Shown piece after piece: positions 15,009 through 23,535 of a DNA stretch of 27,487 nucleotides; within the stretch, counting starts at the first letter, position 1; every line of letters begins with the position of its first letter. The notes under the pieces are model-generated. The model saw only the letters and a program-made list of their open reading frames with translations. It was not told the DNA's origin and ran no database searches. The DNA comes from a virus (Duplodnaviria; Caudoviricetes): positions 1 through 27,487 of IMG/VR virus record IMGVR_UViG_3300044723_004238. One strand, written 5' to 3'. Made by a program: the position numbers and the translations under genes.

Positions 15009-17132
15009 TTAGGTGTTAGATACGCGAGCGAATACGATAGCCTCCGGCTGAAGGATCTCGTAGTCTACACGGTATGAGTAGAACAGGTTGACCTGTCCGG
15101 TTGCAGCGTCTCCGTAGGGATCACGCAGGACTTTCATGGTCGGAGCCATGTAGTAGCCCATCTGCGACCAATCACCGAAGAAAACTGGCTTGTTGTCACC
15201 CGTACCGTCAGCATCGACCTTGGCCGAGAACATGACTGGGTATCCAAGCAGGCTCGGACGATTGGCGTACTGACCGAAGGTCGAACGGATGCCCTGCTCT
15301 GCGTACAGACGATCGTTGCCCGTCAGAGCAGCGATGTTGCCGTACGTGGAGCCACGGGTCAGCCATGCGATGTTCGGGCTGTCGAGGTAGAACTGCACCG
15401 TATCGTTGAAAGCGATGTCCTCGATCTCACCTGCGGCGATGCCTGCGGCGGTCGAGACTTTTGCTTCCGTACCGGAGGCAGCGGCCTCGGCAACGATCAG
15501 GCTGTTGTTCGTTTTCGCCATGCCGCGAGCAACGAAGTTCTCAATGAAGGCAAGCAGGTTGCTCGTCTCATCTTCGAGAAGTTCTTCGCTCAACTGTACT
15601 TTCTTCGTGTACTTGACAAGCGTGAACGCCTGCTGACCGACTGCCGGAGCATCGCGGTCGTAGCCGTTGGCTTCTGCTGTGCTGACGAACTCGCCATCTG
15701 CTTCGTTGTCGAAGGGCACGTTGACAGTCGTTCCGACACCGGGGATGCGGGTCAGACCGAGCAGGTCCGTGAGGTCGGCTTCGGACTTCTTGGCAAAGAT
15801 GCCTTCGAAGTGTCCCGTTGGGATTAAAGCACCACCATCGCTGGAGGTTGTAATGTTCATGTCCGTGTCGTTGGATGCTTTGATCTCAACTTCACGGCCA
15901 TCGACATCGTAACCTTTAGCGCCACGCAGAGCGCCTGCGTCACCATCGCGTACCCATGCGGCGTAGGCTTTGGCTTCGGAGTCCCCGGTGCTTGCGATAA
16001 TAGCCGGAGCAGACTTTGCTTCGGCAGGTACTTCGACGATGGCGGGAGCGGCTTTGGCTTCTTCCATAGCGTCAAAGCGAGCGTTCTGTGCTTCGAGCAT
16101 TGACTCGATGCTTTTCAGAACGTCTGTGTTGTGTTCAGACATTGTGTTGTCCTCTTGTTCTGTGTGTGGAGTTTCGCCCATGTCAGGCGTTTCATCGATT
16201 GCTTCCGATTTGGCTTCTGCCGCAGTTGGCGCAGGGTGATCATGCCCCGCCTCTGCCGTGTCTGCCTCTGGCTCCACTACATCAGATGCAATTTCCTGTG
16301 CTGCCGGGGCTGATGCCTCGACAAATTCCTTAATAGACATAACGTAGTTGCGCGGCTCGGCTGGATTAAGAACCAGCGAAGCTTCGCCCAAGGGCCATGT
16401 CTCAATTTCCTTTGACCCGTTATCCGCGTCCTTGCGGCTGACAAGGTGTCCGACCGCGCCGGACGAGTAGCCGAGTTTACCCATCTCGACCAGTTCGTTC
16501 ACCATCTTCTCGTACTCGTCGCGCTTTTCCAGTTGCGCCTCGAACCAGAGACCTGCATCGGTGCTACTGATCTCGCCCACGCCAATCTGTTTATTCTTGA
16601 GCGTATCGTCGTATCCGTGTTGATAGTAAACGGGGAGGGTTGCTTGGATGCCGAAGTCGGTGGACTTGGTAAAGAAGTCACCGTATAGGTCGGGGTCAGT
16701 CGGTCCGCTAAATCTCACCAGATAGCCGCCGATTCGACCGTCACCCAAAGCCTTAACCTCGCCCCCGTAGGCGATGAGCAGTTCGTTGTCGTTCATTGTG
16801 TCTGTTGATTTGTTGAGCGGCTTACGCGGATCGTGCGCCCAGTTCATAAGTGATATATCCCGTTTGCTCGGGCATCCGTCTGTTGCGGGTTCGCCCTGCT
16901 CGCCGTTGCGCATTCGTTCTATAAAGGAGATGGCGCGGTTGGCGTTCTTGATGTGCTTCTCCGTCCAATCGTCTTTCTTGGTTTCAAGCAGTTCAAGATT
17001 GCGAGCGATGACTGCCGCCGGGTCTACCGATGCTAAACGACTACACTCGGTTTCGGACCACGCCCGAAGATCGGACGCGCTCATGTTTGCGAGCTTGTTC
17101 CACTTGCGGTATACCTCGTCGAGTTCTTCCAT
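15009..17132 (-). CDS. Fusion of DUF3140-like domain, HK97-type prohead protease and major capsid protein (707 aa)
   Basis: aa 1-105 'NMSASDLRAW...KKDDWT...ISFIER...SLMNWAHDP' is DUF3140-like. From aa 113 'GYLVRF..DLYGDFF..YYQHG..GLWFEAQL..GYSSGA..EASLVLNPAEP' is an HK97 protease. From aa 331 'DGGALIP...LSEELLED...FFGDWS...LRDPY' is an HK97 capsid. Confidence 0.9.
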   Translation of the reverse strand: MEELDEVYRKWNKLANMSASDLRAWSETECSRLASVDPAAVIARNLELLETKKDDWTEKHIKNANRAISFIERMRNGEQGEPATDGCPSKRDISLMNWAHDPRKPLNKSTDTMNDNELLIAYGGEVKALGDGRIGGYLVRFSGPTDPDLYGDFFTKSTDFGIQATLPVYYQHGYDDTLKNKQIGVGEISSTDAGLWFEAQLEKRDEYEKMVNELVEMGKLGYSSGAVGHLVSRKDADNGSKEIETWPLGEASLVLNPAEPRNYVMSIKEFVEASAPAAQEIASDVVEPEADTAEAGHDHPAPTAAEAKSEAIDETPDMGETPHTEQEDNTMSEHNTDVLKSIESMLEAQNARFDAMEEAKAAPAIVEVPAEAKSAPAIIASTGDSEAKAYAAWVRDGDAGALRGAKGYDVDGREVEIKASNDTDMNITTSSDGGALIPTGHFEGIFAKKSEADLTDLLGLTRIPGVGTTVNVPFDNEADGEFVSTAEANGYDRDAPAVGQQAFTLVKYTKKVQLSEELLEDETSNLLAFIENFVARGMAKTNNSLIVAEAAASGTEAKVSTAAGIAAGEIEDIAFNDTVQFYLDSPNIAWLTRGSTYGNIAALTGNDRLYAEQGIRSTFGQYANRPSLLGYPVMFSAKVDADGTGDNKPVFFGDWSQMGYYMAPTMKVLRDPYGDAATGQVNLFYSYRVDYEILQPEAIVFARVSNT

Positions 17133-17162
17133 GCCCCTTATACAGTTGGGTGATTTAGCGGT

Positions 17163-17330
17163 TCACTTCTTGTCTACCCAACCGCCGCCTTTAAATACGG
17201 TCGTGCTGCCGCCTGTAATAACAATGCGACATTCTTGTCCTGTGGTTGGACACTTGGTGAGCGGTGCGCTCTTGATGGAAGCGAAATGCTCAAAGACAGT
17301 ACCGTCCTCTCGCTTGTAGGTGTAGGTCAT
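17163..17330 (-). CDS. FmdB-family zinc-ribbon-like small protein (55 aa), first Cys pair absent
   Basis: Not in ORF track. My translation: MTYTYKREDGTVFEHFASIKSAPLTKCPTTGQECRIVITGGSTTVFKGGGWVDKK, matching the FmdB pattern Y.Y...G..FE......PL..CP..G....I......FKG.G. ATGA overlap upstream. Confidence 0.75.
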   Translation of the reverse strand: MTYTYKREDGTVFEHFASIKSAPLTKCPTTGQECRIVITGGSTTVFKGGGWVDKK

Positions 17331-17482
17331 CCCATCCCCTCAAAGATGATGTCTTGTAGTGCTGCGGCGATAATCGTGGCTTCTCCTTCCGGTATGCCGA
17401 GGCGTATCAGTTCGGCGTAGTAAGCGGCTATAACAAGAGCCAAATACTCAACGCTCCTGATATTTTTCTCATGCTCAGTCAC
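17327..17482 (-). CDS. Small hypothetical protein (51 aa)
   Basis: Not in ORF track. GTG start; MTEHEKNIRSVEYLALVIAAYYAELIRLGIPEGEATIIAAALQDIIFEGMG; fills the gap exactly with overlaps at both ends. Confidence 0.65.
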   Translation of the reverse strand: MTEHEKNIRSVEYLALVIAAYYAELIRLGIPEGEATIIAAALQDIIFEGMG

Positions 17483-18335
17483 CGTTATCTATCAGGACAA
17501 GGTTAAACTGGATCGAGATGTTAGCGGTGCTGTTTGCCACCTTTGCAAAAAAGCCTATGTCGCAGGGTCCGACAAACGGACCGCGTGAGATATGGTTGGT
17601 TATAATGAGCGTATTTTGCAAGCCCTTGTGAAGTGCTTGTACTCGCATTGGCTCAAAGGGAGATGCTGCATCGTCCGCTCCGCAACGCTGAAACAAAGCA
17701 ATGTTGGCGTTCTTTGTTGGCTCAATATCTGCTAAATAAGCGGTCAGGAATGCGGTCTTTCCTTTCGGCACAGTATACGCACCGATTAAACTCTGCCCAT
17801 AGCCGAATATCCCGTCCCTTGCTAACTCGGCCCACGTATCGCCGCCACCGTCTGCCCGAAGCGTTATTGTACCGTCATGGCTGGTGGTTGACGTTGTGGC
17901 GTATGTGTTTGTATTAACAACGTACATCCGATATACACGCAGCCAAGTATTGCTCAGGTCTACCGCCTGTGTACCTTGCAAGGATACCGTCTCTGTCTGC
18001 TCGCGCCAATCTGCACCGATGCCCTGAATAAGTACCTGCTGCGCCCCCGCGTTGCTTGTGCTGTCTACATCGGACGAGGACAATATCTCCAATGATACCG
18101 CAGAGGTGGGCGTTGGGTACGTCTTGCTGTCTGTAATGACCGTCCACGTTGTCCCGATGGCGTCAGCCTCGCCAAACTTATTGAGTACGCTGTGACCCTT
18201 TACGTCACCTTTAGCCACCTCAAGGAAGAACTCGGCATCAATCTGGTTGCCTGACAGGTCGCGTTCAATGCCCACCTGTCCATGTGCGGCAGTTGCAAAA
18301 AGGCAAAGCAGGATGATGGCGGCGGCTCGTTTCAT
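17475..18335 (-). CDS. Hypothetical beta-rich protein with a predicted Sec signal peptide (286 aa)
   Basis: Start moved to ATG 18335 (ATGA overlap); MKR-AAAIILLCLFATA-AHG|Q has n/h/c signal-peptide regions. Confidence 0.75.
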   Translation of the reverse strand: MKRAAAIILLCLFATAAHGQVGIERDLSGNQIDAEFFLEVAKGDVKGHSVLNKFGEADAIGTTWTVITDSKTYPTPTSAVSLEILSSSDVDSTSNAGAQQVLIQGIGADWREQTETVSLQGTQAVDLSNTWLRVYRMYVVNTNTYATTSTTSHDGTITLRADGGGDTWAELARDGIFGYGQSLIGAYTVPKGKTAFLTAYLADIEPTKNANIALFQRCGADDAASPFEPMRVQALHKGLQNTLIITNHISRGPFVGPCDIGFFAKVANSTANISIQFNLVLIDNGD

Positions 18336-18625
18336 TGGATGCACTCCTGATAAGATAACTTTCTGGCCTCGGCGAGTTGCAGGCAAGTAATGAGTTGCAG
18401 CTCCTTCTTAATGTCGGACTGTGTGCGCTCTACGGCTTCAATGCGGTCCTCCATCGTGCGGAAGTTGTCGATCATGCTACCCTGTGCCGTTTCCACTACA
18501 TCAAGACGCTCGGGAATTTCGCTATACCCGGCGGTCGCTATGCCGACAACCATTGATACGGCAATTACTCCGGCAATTAGTTTGCCGACCTCGATCACTT
18601 TACCGGTCTGTTCTATCTGGTCCAT
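18332..18625 (-). CDS. Single-pass membrane protein with coiled coil
   Basis: Hydrophobic 'LIAGVIAVSMVVGIATAGY' followed by heptad-rich 'RLDVVE...RIEAVE...IKKELQ'. Confidence 0.65.
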   Translation of the reverse strand: MDQIEQTGKVIEVGKLIAGVIAVSMVVGIATAGYSEIPERLDVVETAQGSMIDNFRTMEDRIEAVERTQSDIKKELQLITCLQLAEARKLSYQECIQ

Positions 18626-18637
18626 TTGGTTAAATAA

Positions 18638-19405
18638 TTAAGGCAAGAAGCCCATTTGACAGCGACAATTAATAACCTCGCCCGCTGGCTTGCCTGCCTC
18701 AGATGGTCGCATGAGACCGTTGCTAAACGCTTCCCCGATGGGTCTTTCTTCCCCGTTAAGGCGTTGATGGTTGGCGTCACCGGGTCTCGGATTCTTTCCC
18801 GGTCGCACCCGAGCATCTCCTGCCGTGATCCAAAACTTTCGAGTCATGCCGGAGGCGGTGGCGGCTTCCGTTGCTGCGTAGTTGGCGGCAGAGTTCATCT
18901 CGGTCTGGGCAATTCGGAGGGCGCGGTTTCTTGACAGTTCGCCCCATCGATCCCTCATCAGTAGCGCGATGTCATCTGTGCCCAGACCCGCTTCTGCGGC
19001 GGTCTGCGTTGCTGCCGTTACCGTAGCGCGGACCCAATCCTTTGTGTAGTTGTCGATCAGGACAATCTGCTCGCCACCCTTTCGTGCGAGGTAATCATCG
19101 ACGTTGTCCTCCCATGACGTGTACTGCTCATCGGTAAACTCCTTTCGGCTCGCGTCGATGGCGTTGTATACCTTGCCCGTGATACTCAGCGCAGCGTTCT
19201 TCCAAGCCTCCTGATACACCTCGGCAATCGGCTCAGAGTCAATGGCGGCATCGATGTTGCTGTCGTTGCGGACGGCTTGTGCGGCGGCGTCGATCTGCTT
19301 GGTGATAGCCTGCTCTATATCATCAACAAAGGATTCAACCTCCTTGTCGATAAGGCGCTCCATCGCTTCTGCGTGTTCACGCCATCCCGCCCGTGACCGA
19401 GCCAA
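18638..19405 (-). CDS. Head morphogenesis protein, MuF / SPP1 gp7 family
   Basis: 'RALRIAQTE', 'KFWITAGDARVR', 'H..LNGE', 'FSNGLMRP', 'EVINCRC'. Own start is weak (TTG 19405 or ATG 19366). Confidence 0.9.
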   Translation of the reverse strand: MARSRAGWREHAEAMERLIDKEVESFVDDIEQAITKQIDAAAQAVRNDSNIDAAIDSEPIAEVYQEAWKNAALSITGKVYNAIDASRKEFTDEQYTSWEDNVDDYLARKGGEQIVLIDNYTKDWVRATVTAATQTAAEAGLGTDDIALLMRDRWGELSRNRALRIAQTEMNSAANYAATEAATASGMTRKFWITAGDARVRPGKNPRPGDANHQRLNGEERPIGEAFSNGLMRPSEAGKPAGEVINCRCQMGFLP

Positions 19406-19423
19406 CGGGTTGAGTGCCTTTGT

Positions 19424-19465
19424 GCCTTCCGGTTCGGCTTCGCTCCGGTCGGCTTCTAAAAACCC
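19424..19465 (-). other. Candidate -1 frameshift signal at portal 3' end (G GGT TTT TAG plus hairpin)
   Basis: X XXY YYZ heptamer directly before the portal stop; -1 frame open into MuF; GC stem starts 5 nt downstream. Confidence 0.65.
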
Positions 19466-20859
19466 ACGAAGGGTGGCCTGAATACTTCGTCGAGGTCTGC
19501 GCCTGTTGCCAGACGCTCGCGGATAATATCAGCCTCGTGGTCAGCCAGTGCATCAGGAGTAAACTTTACGTCCCGTCCTTTGCGGCTGATCTTGGTGCGC
19601 CAACGTTGAATGTCGAGGTTCTTGGTATCGGATACGGTATCAGCCGAGCGGACCTCCTGTGGTTGTTCTGCGACAACGTCCTGTCCTTGTATCGGCTCGT
19701 ACCCGAGCAACTCGCGCCCCTCGTTGACGGACAGCACCGGACCACCTACGGCAAGAGCGATTGCCTGCGCCTTCTCCAACTCGCTCTGCTGCATCACCTC
19801 CGTCTTGTGCGGCTCAAACTCAAGGTGGTATCCGAGCGGCATCAGCAGTTGTTGGTTGATAGCGTGAGCGAGTAGGCGAGCCTGCGGCACAACCGTGTTT
19901 GCCATAAACGATAACTGGTCCGATTTGGCTGTGGCGTAGTTGGCAGCGTTAGACATGACGAGCGAGTGCGGAACGCCAAGCGTTGAGGCGATGGCTTCTC
20001 TTGCGTCTCTGGTTATCACATCGCTGTGGAGGTCGGACAGGTCAGAACCTACTTCCTGTGCTGACAGCCCCTGCATGACCATCGGGTCATCAGGTGTCGG
20101 CTTTGTGCCAAGTATGTTGCGGCGCACCCACCGCTGCCACCGCTTGACCGTCAACTCGTCCGGTTGGCGAGCGTCCTTGTCGGCAACCCAGACCGTCTTT
20201 TTAACCAGACCCGAGCGCAGCTGCCCGCTTGTGTATTCGGCAAGGTCATGAAGGATCTGGCTGTGCATATTCGCCGAGCGAGCATCTGCCGATCCCGGTC
20301 CCTGTTCTACGAAGGGCGAGGGCTGGAACGTGCCGAGAATGCGAGACCGAGGCACTTGGAATTTGCGCTGGTTGGCTGACCGCTCGTAATAGCGGAAGTT
20401 GCCGCGCTCGTCGGGTCCGTACTTGCCATCTTTAAAGCATGGCTTGATGCTCGTCGGGTTTATCCAAGACAGCCCGTCCGCTTTAATTATTACCCCTTCC
20501 TTGTTAAACGCGCCTTCTTTCATGGCGTAGGCCGCACCGACAAGGGCGAGCGATGCCTCGGCTCTGTATAGGTAGTCGAACAGGTCAAGCCATGCCAGTT
20601 CCTCGGGCGCTTCCTCGCCTGCCTTCCAAACGACATTCGTCATATCGCCCTTGTGAACAACGAAGGGCAAAGCTGCAATCGCCTTCGCTCTAACGTCTAC
20701 ACACCGCCGGGTCCAACCTTCGTCTGTCCATGCTACCGCCGGAGACATCTTGGCAACGTGTTCGTGACCATGCAGGTTAAAGATGTTCAGCCATTCGGGG
20801 TCGTTTAGGCTTACGCCTTTCGTTGACGATCCCAGTACATAAAAATCGGGCTTCGGCAT
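19456..20859 (-). CDS. Portal protein
   Basis: 'RCVDVRAKAIAALPF', 'REAIASTLGVPHSL...NYATA...TVVP', 'LSVNEGRELLGYEP'; follows TerL. Confidence 0.92.
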   Translation of the reverse strand: MPKPDFYVLGSSTKGVSLNDPEWLNIFNLHGHEHVAKMSPAVAWTDEGWTRRCVDVRAKAIAALPFVVHKGDMTNVVWKAGEEAPEELAWLDLFDYLYRAEASLALVGAAYAMKEGAFNKEGVIIKADGLSWINPTSIKPCFKDGKYGPDERGNFRYYERSANQRKFQVPRSRILGTFQPSPFVEQGPGSADARSANMHSQILHDLAEYTSGQLRSGLVKKTVWVADKDARQPDELTVKRWQRWVRRNILGTKPTPDDPMVMQGLSAQEVGSDLSDLHSDVITRDAREAIASTLGVPHSLVMSNAANYATAKSDQLSFMANTVVPQARLLAHAINQQLLMPLGYHLEFEPHKTEVMQQSELEKAQAIALAVGGPVLSVNEGRELLGYEPIQGQDVVAEQPQEVRSADTVSDTKNLDIQRWRTKISRKGRDVKFTPDALADHEADIIRERLATGADLDEVFRPPFVGF

Positions 20860-22016
20860 TACCAGACTCCCCAGGTGTTTGTTGCGCCTTTCAGGTGCGT
20901 AAAGATGGCGTATCGCATGGCATCAACGGCATGGTCGTGCCGCTTTAGAGGAACGTCCTTCAGTTCGCCTGATTTGCGGTCCTCGTCCCATCGGTATTCC
21001 CGTAGTTCGTTCTGTAAGTTTTGCGACCCTGCATGCACGTTTAGGTTAAAACGTTTTACAAAGTCGATACCATCTTTCACGCTTTTGTCGGCTTTATACG
21101 CCTGCAATCCTTCGCGGATCAATTCTTCTATCCGGTCCGGTTCTGCTGCATCGCAGTAAATTGGCAGGTTTTTATTACTGACCGCTTTCTTTAACTCAGC
21201 AATCAGGTCAGAGTTTGTCAGACCGCTCTGATAAATTACCTCGCGGACGTAGACATCGGGATCGGTTACGGTTACGGCAACCACGGCAGATGGGCTGTTG
21301 TACCCAAAGTCGATTCCGTAGAAGTCCGGTTCCCGTTGCTCGTTGTGTGTTTTCCACTCTGGGTAAATAACGCCCTTGAGCGCCTCTCCCCATTCTCCGC
21401 GTTCGTATACGGCCCTCAAGTCCTCGGGAAGCGACTTTAAAACGTCGATGTACTGTTTATCCAGAAAGGCGTTGTCGCGCCACGTAGTGCGCAAGACAAA
21501 CAGGTCAGGGTTCTCATCGAGCCACCGCCGGACCCAAAGGCGCGAGTCGGTTGGGTTTAGAGTCAGCGTCACCTGCTTGTAGCTTGGCACATCGCCACGC
21601 AGTCGCAGGTCCACTTGCCGGAAAGCGTCCTCCTTGATCTCGCTTGCCTCCTCTATCCAGACCGAGGTAACGCCTGCAATGGACTTTAGCTTCTCGGGGT
21701 CATCCAGTCCAGCGTGTATAATCTGCGCTCCGTTGGGAAAGGTTATGGACAGGTCAGAGCGGTTGGCTGTTACCTCTACGCCAAAAGATGCAGCCACCTC
21801 GATGAGTAGACGGAACGTTGATTCGCGGCAGGTGCGGTATACGTTACGAATTACAAGTATGCGCTCCCGCTTGTTCTGGATGCAGCGGTATACAAGTTTC
21901 TGTGCTACCGTGTAGGACTTACCCGATCCCGCCCCGCCAAACAGGACCGCGTACCTTTCCTGACTTTTGATGTAGCCAGAGTAGCTGCTGTTGTACTGGA
22001 TCTGATCGCCAGACAT
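20859..22016 (-). CDS. terL: Terminase large subunit, PBSX family
   Basis: Walker A 'GGAGSGKS', Walker B 'VWIEEA', 'LTLNP', nuclease 'GIDFGY..P', 'DHAVDAMRYA'. Confidence 0.96.
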   Translation of the reverse strand: MSGDQIQYNSSYSGYIKSQERYAVLFGGAGSGKSYTVAQKLVYRCIQNKRERILVIRNVYRTCRESTFRLLIEVAASFGVEVTANRSDLSITFPNGAQIIHAGLDDPEKLKSIAGVTSVWIEEASEIKEDAFRQVDLRLRGDVPSYKQVTLTLNPTDSRLWVRRWLDENPDLFVLRTTWRDNAFLDKQYIDVLKSLPEDLRAVYERGEWGEALKGVIYPEWKTHNEQREPDFYGIDFGYNSPSAVVAVTVTDPDVYVREVIYQSGLTNSDLIAELKKAVSNKNLPIYCDAAEPDRIEELIREGLQAYKADKSVKDGIDFVKRFNLNVHAGSQNLQNELREYRWDEDRKSGELKDVPLKRHDHAVDAMRYAIFTHLKGATNTWGVW

Positions 22017-22375
22017 TAGTCATCGTGGTCGGAATCGACCGGGACGAAGTTGATCTGCAATGGCTGACCGCCGGAGGTAATGTCGATGGTGTTGTTTTCA
22101 CTCCATCCCATCTTGACCCGGCTGTAATAGCGAGCGGTCTGAAACCATGACGGGTGCGTTGGGTCCATCGCTACCGTGGCGATGCAGTCCTGCACCTCGT
22201 CGGCAATCTGGTCTTTGAGGGCATTGTAGACCGTCCTGATCGCTTCGTTAGCGTTCATGCGGTCGTAGATCGTTTGGCGGTGGTATCCAAGATCCTCAGC
22301 CACACGAGTTATAATCCCCTTGTGTCTTACAATAGCGGCAATAAGTTCTTCGTCCGTGTGTTTCTTTTCGCTCAT
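22016..22375 (-). CDS. terS: Terminase small subunit (HTH)
   Basis: N-terminal HTH 'ITRVAEDLGYHRQTIYDR' and C-terminal 'IDITSGGQPLQINF'; immediately upstream of terL. Confidence 0.78.
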   Translation of the reverse strand: MSEKKHTDEELIAAIVRHKGIITRVAEDLGYHRQTIYDRMNANEAIRTVYNALKDQIADEVQDCIATVAMDPTHPSWFQTARYYSRVKMGWSENNTIDITSGGQPLQINFVPVDSDHDD

Positions 22376-22393
22376 GTGCGCGTGAGTGTAAGA

Positions 22394-22816
22394 TCAGTCC
22401 TCTGGTATACAATGGAAAAACAGGGCGCGGAAGGCGTCCATGTCGATCTTGCTGCCGGGGCAGGTTTTCTTGGCTCCCGTCTCTCGGTGTCCGAGGATGT
22501 TGTGTGGCGCTATGCCGTACAGATCGGATAGGCGATCACATAAGCGGACAGCAGACAAGACCTGCGGCAGCGTCCACATCTCATGATCTCCGTGACCTTC
22601 GAAGGCTATGCCTAAGCTTCGGCTGTTGTACCCGAGCGCGTGTGCGCCTTGCTCGTACTCTGCCCTTCCTGTTTCAAGCGCACCGTTCCTGCGAATCAGG
22701 TAGTGATAACCAACGTCCGACCATCCCCTGTCAAGATGCCAACGCCGAACCCGATCAATACCTGCGTCACCATCAAAGGCGAGCGTATGCAGGACGATGT
22801 ACTCGGGTGCGTTCAT
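22394..22816 (-). CDS. Endolysin, N-acetylmuramoyl-L-alanine amidase (Amidase_2, T7 lysozyme-like)
   Basis: 'IVLHT', 'WHLDRGWSDVGYHY', 'GAHALGYN..SLGI', 'GHRE...KTCPG'. Confidence 0.93.
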   Translation of the reverse strand: MNAPEYIVLHTLAFDGDAGIDRVRRWHLDRGWSDVGYHYLIRRNGALETGRAEYEQGAHALGYNSRSLGIAFEGHGDHEMWTLPQVLSAVRLCDRLSDLYGIAPHNILGHRETGAKKTCPGSKIDMDAFRALFFHCIPED

Positions 22817-23076
22817 CCTTTATCGGATTCTTTCTTGTCTTTGCCTTCTGGGATCAACATGGCGGCAACGGCAGCGAGCGCTGTGACTGCTTCCCAAATA
22901 ACCTGCAAGTCCTCAATGCCAATCGGCAAGAACTGCGCAATGATGGCAAGACCTGCCCATGTAGATGCTTCTTTCAGGCGGTCGAGTAGTTTCTTGATCA
23001 TCGTAGGTAATACGGTTGGTGGTACAAGTGCCGCAACGGGTATCTGCTCCGGCGGGTGTGGCTTGATCTTTTCCAT
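22813..23076 (-). CDS. Putative holin
   Basis: 'RLKEASTWAGL' plus two hydrophobic helices and a charged tail; ATGA-coupled to the endolysin; alternative start at 23001. Confidence 0.75.
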   Translation of the reverse strand: MEKIKPHPPEQIPVAALVPPTVLPTMIKKLLDRLKEASTWAGLAIIAQFLPIGIEDLQVIWEAVTALAAVAAMLIPEGKDKKESDKG

Positions 23077-23097
23077 GTCAATATAACGCCTGCGCCA

Positions 23098-23535
23098 TCA
23101 TCTATGTTCGAGCCTGTTTCTCAGCCTGTAACCGAGCAGGCTCGTGCATCGCGGCGCTTGAGCTTTTTGGTTGCGGTCGTAATAGGACCACCAATGATCG
23201 GAGACATCCTCGACGTTCGGTACTGGCAGCGCCTCGCCGGGTCTTGCCGCGTCTCCAAGCTCTGCTCGGGCCTTGTTCTCAGAGCGCACCACGGCGTTCT
23301 GATTATAGCCACCGTCCCTATTGATGCAAACAAGCTCAAAGTCATCGGGTGACAGGTCGTAAAAGCCAATCCACTCGTCTCGTTGGTGTTGGCTGATAGG
23401 TAGCCCATGTAATTTCCCAGAGCGCAAGGCGCGTTCCCTGCGGGATTTGATGGACTGCTCCCATTGAGCGATAGACAACCCGGTAATCTTGTGGCAGAGC
23501 ATCTCTGCCTCATATGCTAACGTCGAAAAGGTCAA
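23098..23535 (-). CDS. Hypothetical protein
   Basis: Fills the gap in the operon with protein-like composition; start uncertain (TTG 23535 or a later ATG). Confidence 0.55.
   Translation of the reverse strand: MTFSTLAYEAEMLCHKITGLSIAQWEQSIKSRRERALRSGKLHGLPISQHQRDEWIGFYDLSPDDFELVCINRDGGYNQNAVVRSENKARAELGDAARPGEALPVPNVEDVSDHWWSYYDRNQKAQAPRCTSLLGYRLRNRLEHR

Noticed and set aside
18638-19405. MuF polymorphic toxin
   Set aside because: The protein ends right after the NCRC motif (QMGFLP), so there is no C-terminal toxin domain.
23121-23513. 130-aa ORF with ATGA overlap
   Set aside because: Composition (Cys/Arg/Ser/Pro-rich) looks like a shadow frame; the overlapping 23098-23535 frame is more protein-like. 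Not fully excluded.
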